Positions 62,124 through 64,000 of a DNA stretch of 64,000 bases are shown here, piece after piece. The stretch comes from Schizochytrium sp. TIO01. Lineage: Eukaryota > Protista > Bigyra: Labyrinthulomycetes. The stretch lies in contig SMSO01000032.1 of assembly GCA_004764695.1 (NCBI GenBank), forward strand, positions 6,232,483 through 6,296,482. Reading direction: 5' to 3'. Under the pieces are notes generated by a model that saw nothing but the letters and a program-made list of their open reading frames with translations, ran no database searches and was not told where the DNA came from. The stretch's first letter is position 1. Each line of letters opens with the position of its first letter. The position numbers and the translations under genes were made by a program.

Positions 62124-63870
62124 ACTTATTTGTTTGCTTGTTTGCTTGTTCGCTGCTATGTGAATGGGTGAGTGAGCGAGCGAGATAACAGAGAACCCCG
62201 GACCTAGTGAACCAGCAAGAATATACGATAGAAATCAAGACGTAGAAATCAAGAATAGAGCCAAAGAAACAGCCCACGACGTATTAACTACCTTCGGCGA
62301 GGGGCATTCTTGTTGGATTTGATGACGACTCCAACCCTCCCGACCACCCGGCTGTAGGTGCAGGATCGCTAGTTTCGTAACCAGTACAACTCAAGCTTCG
62401 CGGGCGCTTTACACCCAAATAAAGATGGCCTTTAAAAGTGAGAACGCGAACGAATCCAGTTCGATTGAACCTGCAATACTAATTATTTAAAATCAAGATT
62501 TAAAAAAAGAAGAACCTGAGCTCATGCCACATCATTCGTTAGCTTTCTTCAAGACTCGCGAGTGAGCGCTTGCTCGCTAAAGCTTTGCAGAATTAATTTT
62601 CCCTTGTTTATTTTATTGCTCAATTGTTGCTGCTGTTGCTATGCTCGGCTTTAGAACCCAGAACTCAGAACCCAGAACTCAGAACTCAGGATGCAGCCGA
62701 ACTGGGTTCTAGGTTCGCGGCTGCGGGTTCCTTCACATAGAACCTGGAACCCGGAACCCAGAATTTCTAGTTGTTTTTCCTATTTTAATTGAAATAATTT
62801 TCTGATCATAAATAACAATAATTATTATTACTACTATTATTGTTATAGTACTACTACTACTAATAATAATAATAAAAGAAGTCCGGGCTTCCTACTTTCT
62901 AGGTTCGCTGAAAGTAATAGAATTATCTCTTTAATCTATCTGCGAGTAAAGGCAAATGTCAATGCAGAGCCGAGGGATGAAGAAACAAACCGCAGCGCAG
63001 CAGCGTCTTAAAGATACCATATGCGGCGGCTTCTGCTCTGGCAGCCGATGAGGCGGTCCGAAAGAGAAGAAGATGATGATGTGGAGGACGCGTGGAATCT
63101 TTGCTTTCATTATCTTTTACATGTTTTATGTTATGTTATTTTATTTTCTTTACTTTCATCTTCGAGTTCAAAATAATTTCTCCCCTGCCGTTCTCTGCCT
63201 CCTAGCGAGGGAATAGGAGGGCTTAGCCAGCCGTGCTTTCTTAAGAGGCAAAGCGCACTTCTTCCTCGTGTAAGAGGTCGCACGTTCCATCAATCCGCGA
63301 GAAATTGCAGCTTTGGCTGAGTCAGTCAGTTTGGCTCTCGAGCTCGTCGGCAACGGCGTTGAGGACCTCCACGCCAGGCAGCAATCAATCGCCTGCCAGC
63401 CAAGAAGATTGCGAGGCTGGCAGGCATTACACTGGGTTCTCCAAGACAAGAATGAAGATCTATCTGGTGGCTGGGTTGGGTTGGATTGCTTTGCTTTGCT
63501 TTGCTTTGCTTAGCTTTGCTTAGCTTTGCTTTCTTTCTGGCTGCGAATAACGCTGCTTTTATCGATCGCAAAGGGATATCGTCGAGCGTCTTTGCAGAAT
63601 GAATGAATGATTGATTGATTGAAAGATTCGTAGATTGGGCGCCTTGGTTGATCGAGATGCCCAGGAACTGCATACAGCTAGCTAGCTGCTCCAGCGAGGG
63701 CCGTGAAGGCAGCCAGCCGCCTGCAGAACGGCAGGTGATGCGATGATGGTATTGATGATGCGCCTGAGAACAGTGAGAGAGTGCATCATATCACTCTCAT
63801 GCATGGCGCCACACAAGTGGTACTGCGAGCTCGCAGTGCAAACACTGGAAACAAACACGCACACGTATAT

Positions 63871-63978
63871 AGTTAGTTGAGTTGAGTTGAGTTGAGTTGA
63901 GTTGGTTGGTTAGTTAGTTAGTTAGTTACACTCACTCACTCTCACTCACTCACTCACTCACTCACTCACTCACTCACT
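63871..63978 (+). repeat. Compound (GTTGA)n/(TTAG)n/(CTCA)n repeat
   Basis: Read directly. Confidence 0.88.
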
Positions 63979-64000
63979 GACTTACCCTTAAAAATACACA

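Noticed and set aside
63909-63928. (TTAG)n as a telomere
   Set aside because: Only ~4 units inside a compound microsatellite, with unique sequence beyond.

Overview
Eukaryotic, intron-poor, gene-sparse genomic DNA with microsatellite-rich intergenic regions. The style suggests a thraustochytrid-like stramenopile; this is an inference from style only. Eight protein-coding genes are supported. Two are divergent ~1700-aa paralogous multi-pass membrane PAS proteins (TmcB/TmcC-like). The others are a two-exon Tom22 missed by the ORF track, an Sds3/BRMS1-family Sin3-HDAC subunit, propionyl-CoA carboxylase beta, phosphoglycerate kinase, a coiled-coil + pseudokinase + RING/Rcat protein, and a bacterial-type propionate/acyl-CoA transferase with a degenerate EF-hand-like tail. 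The most striking signal is in PGK. A GT...AG intron begins exactly where the canonical enzyme ends: splicing would give soluble PGK (...SEKKAE*), while retention gives a 76-aa Ser-rich linker plus a C-terminal tail anchor. PGK, PCCB and the CoA transferase lie within ~15 kb and could form a substrate-level-ATP/propionate module. Two long stretches (22.5-37.4 kb and 52.8-64 kb) contain no convincing gene, only simple repeats, GC islands and possible decayed coding relics. No tRNA, rRNA, CRISPR array or intact transposon was recognised.
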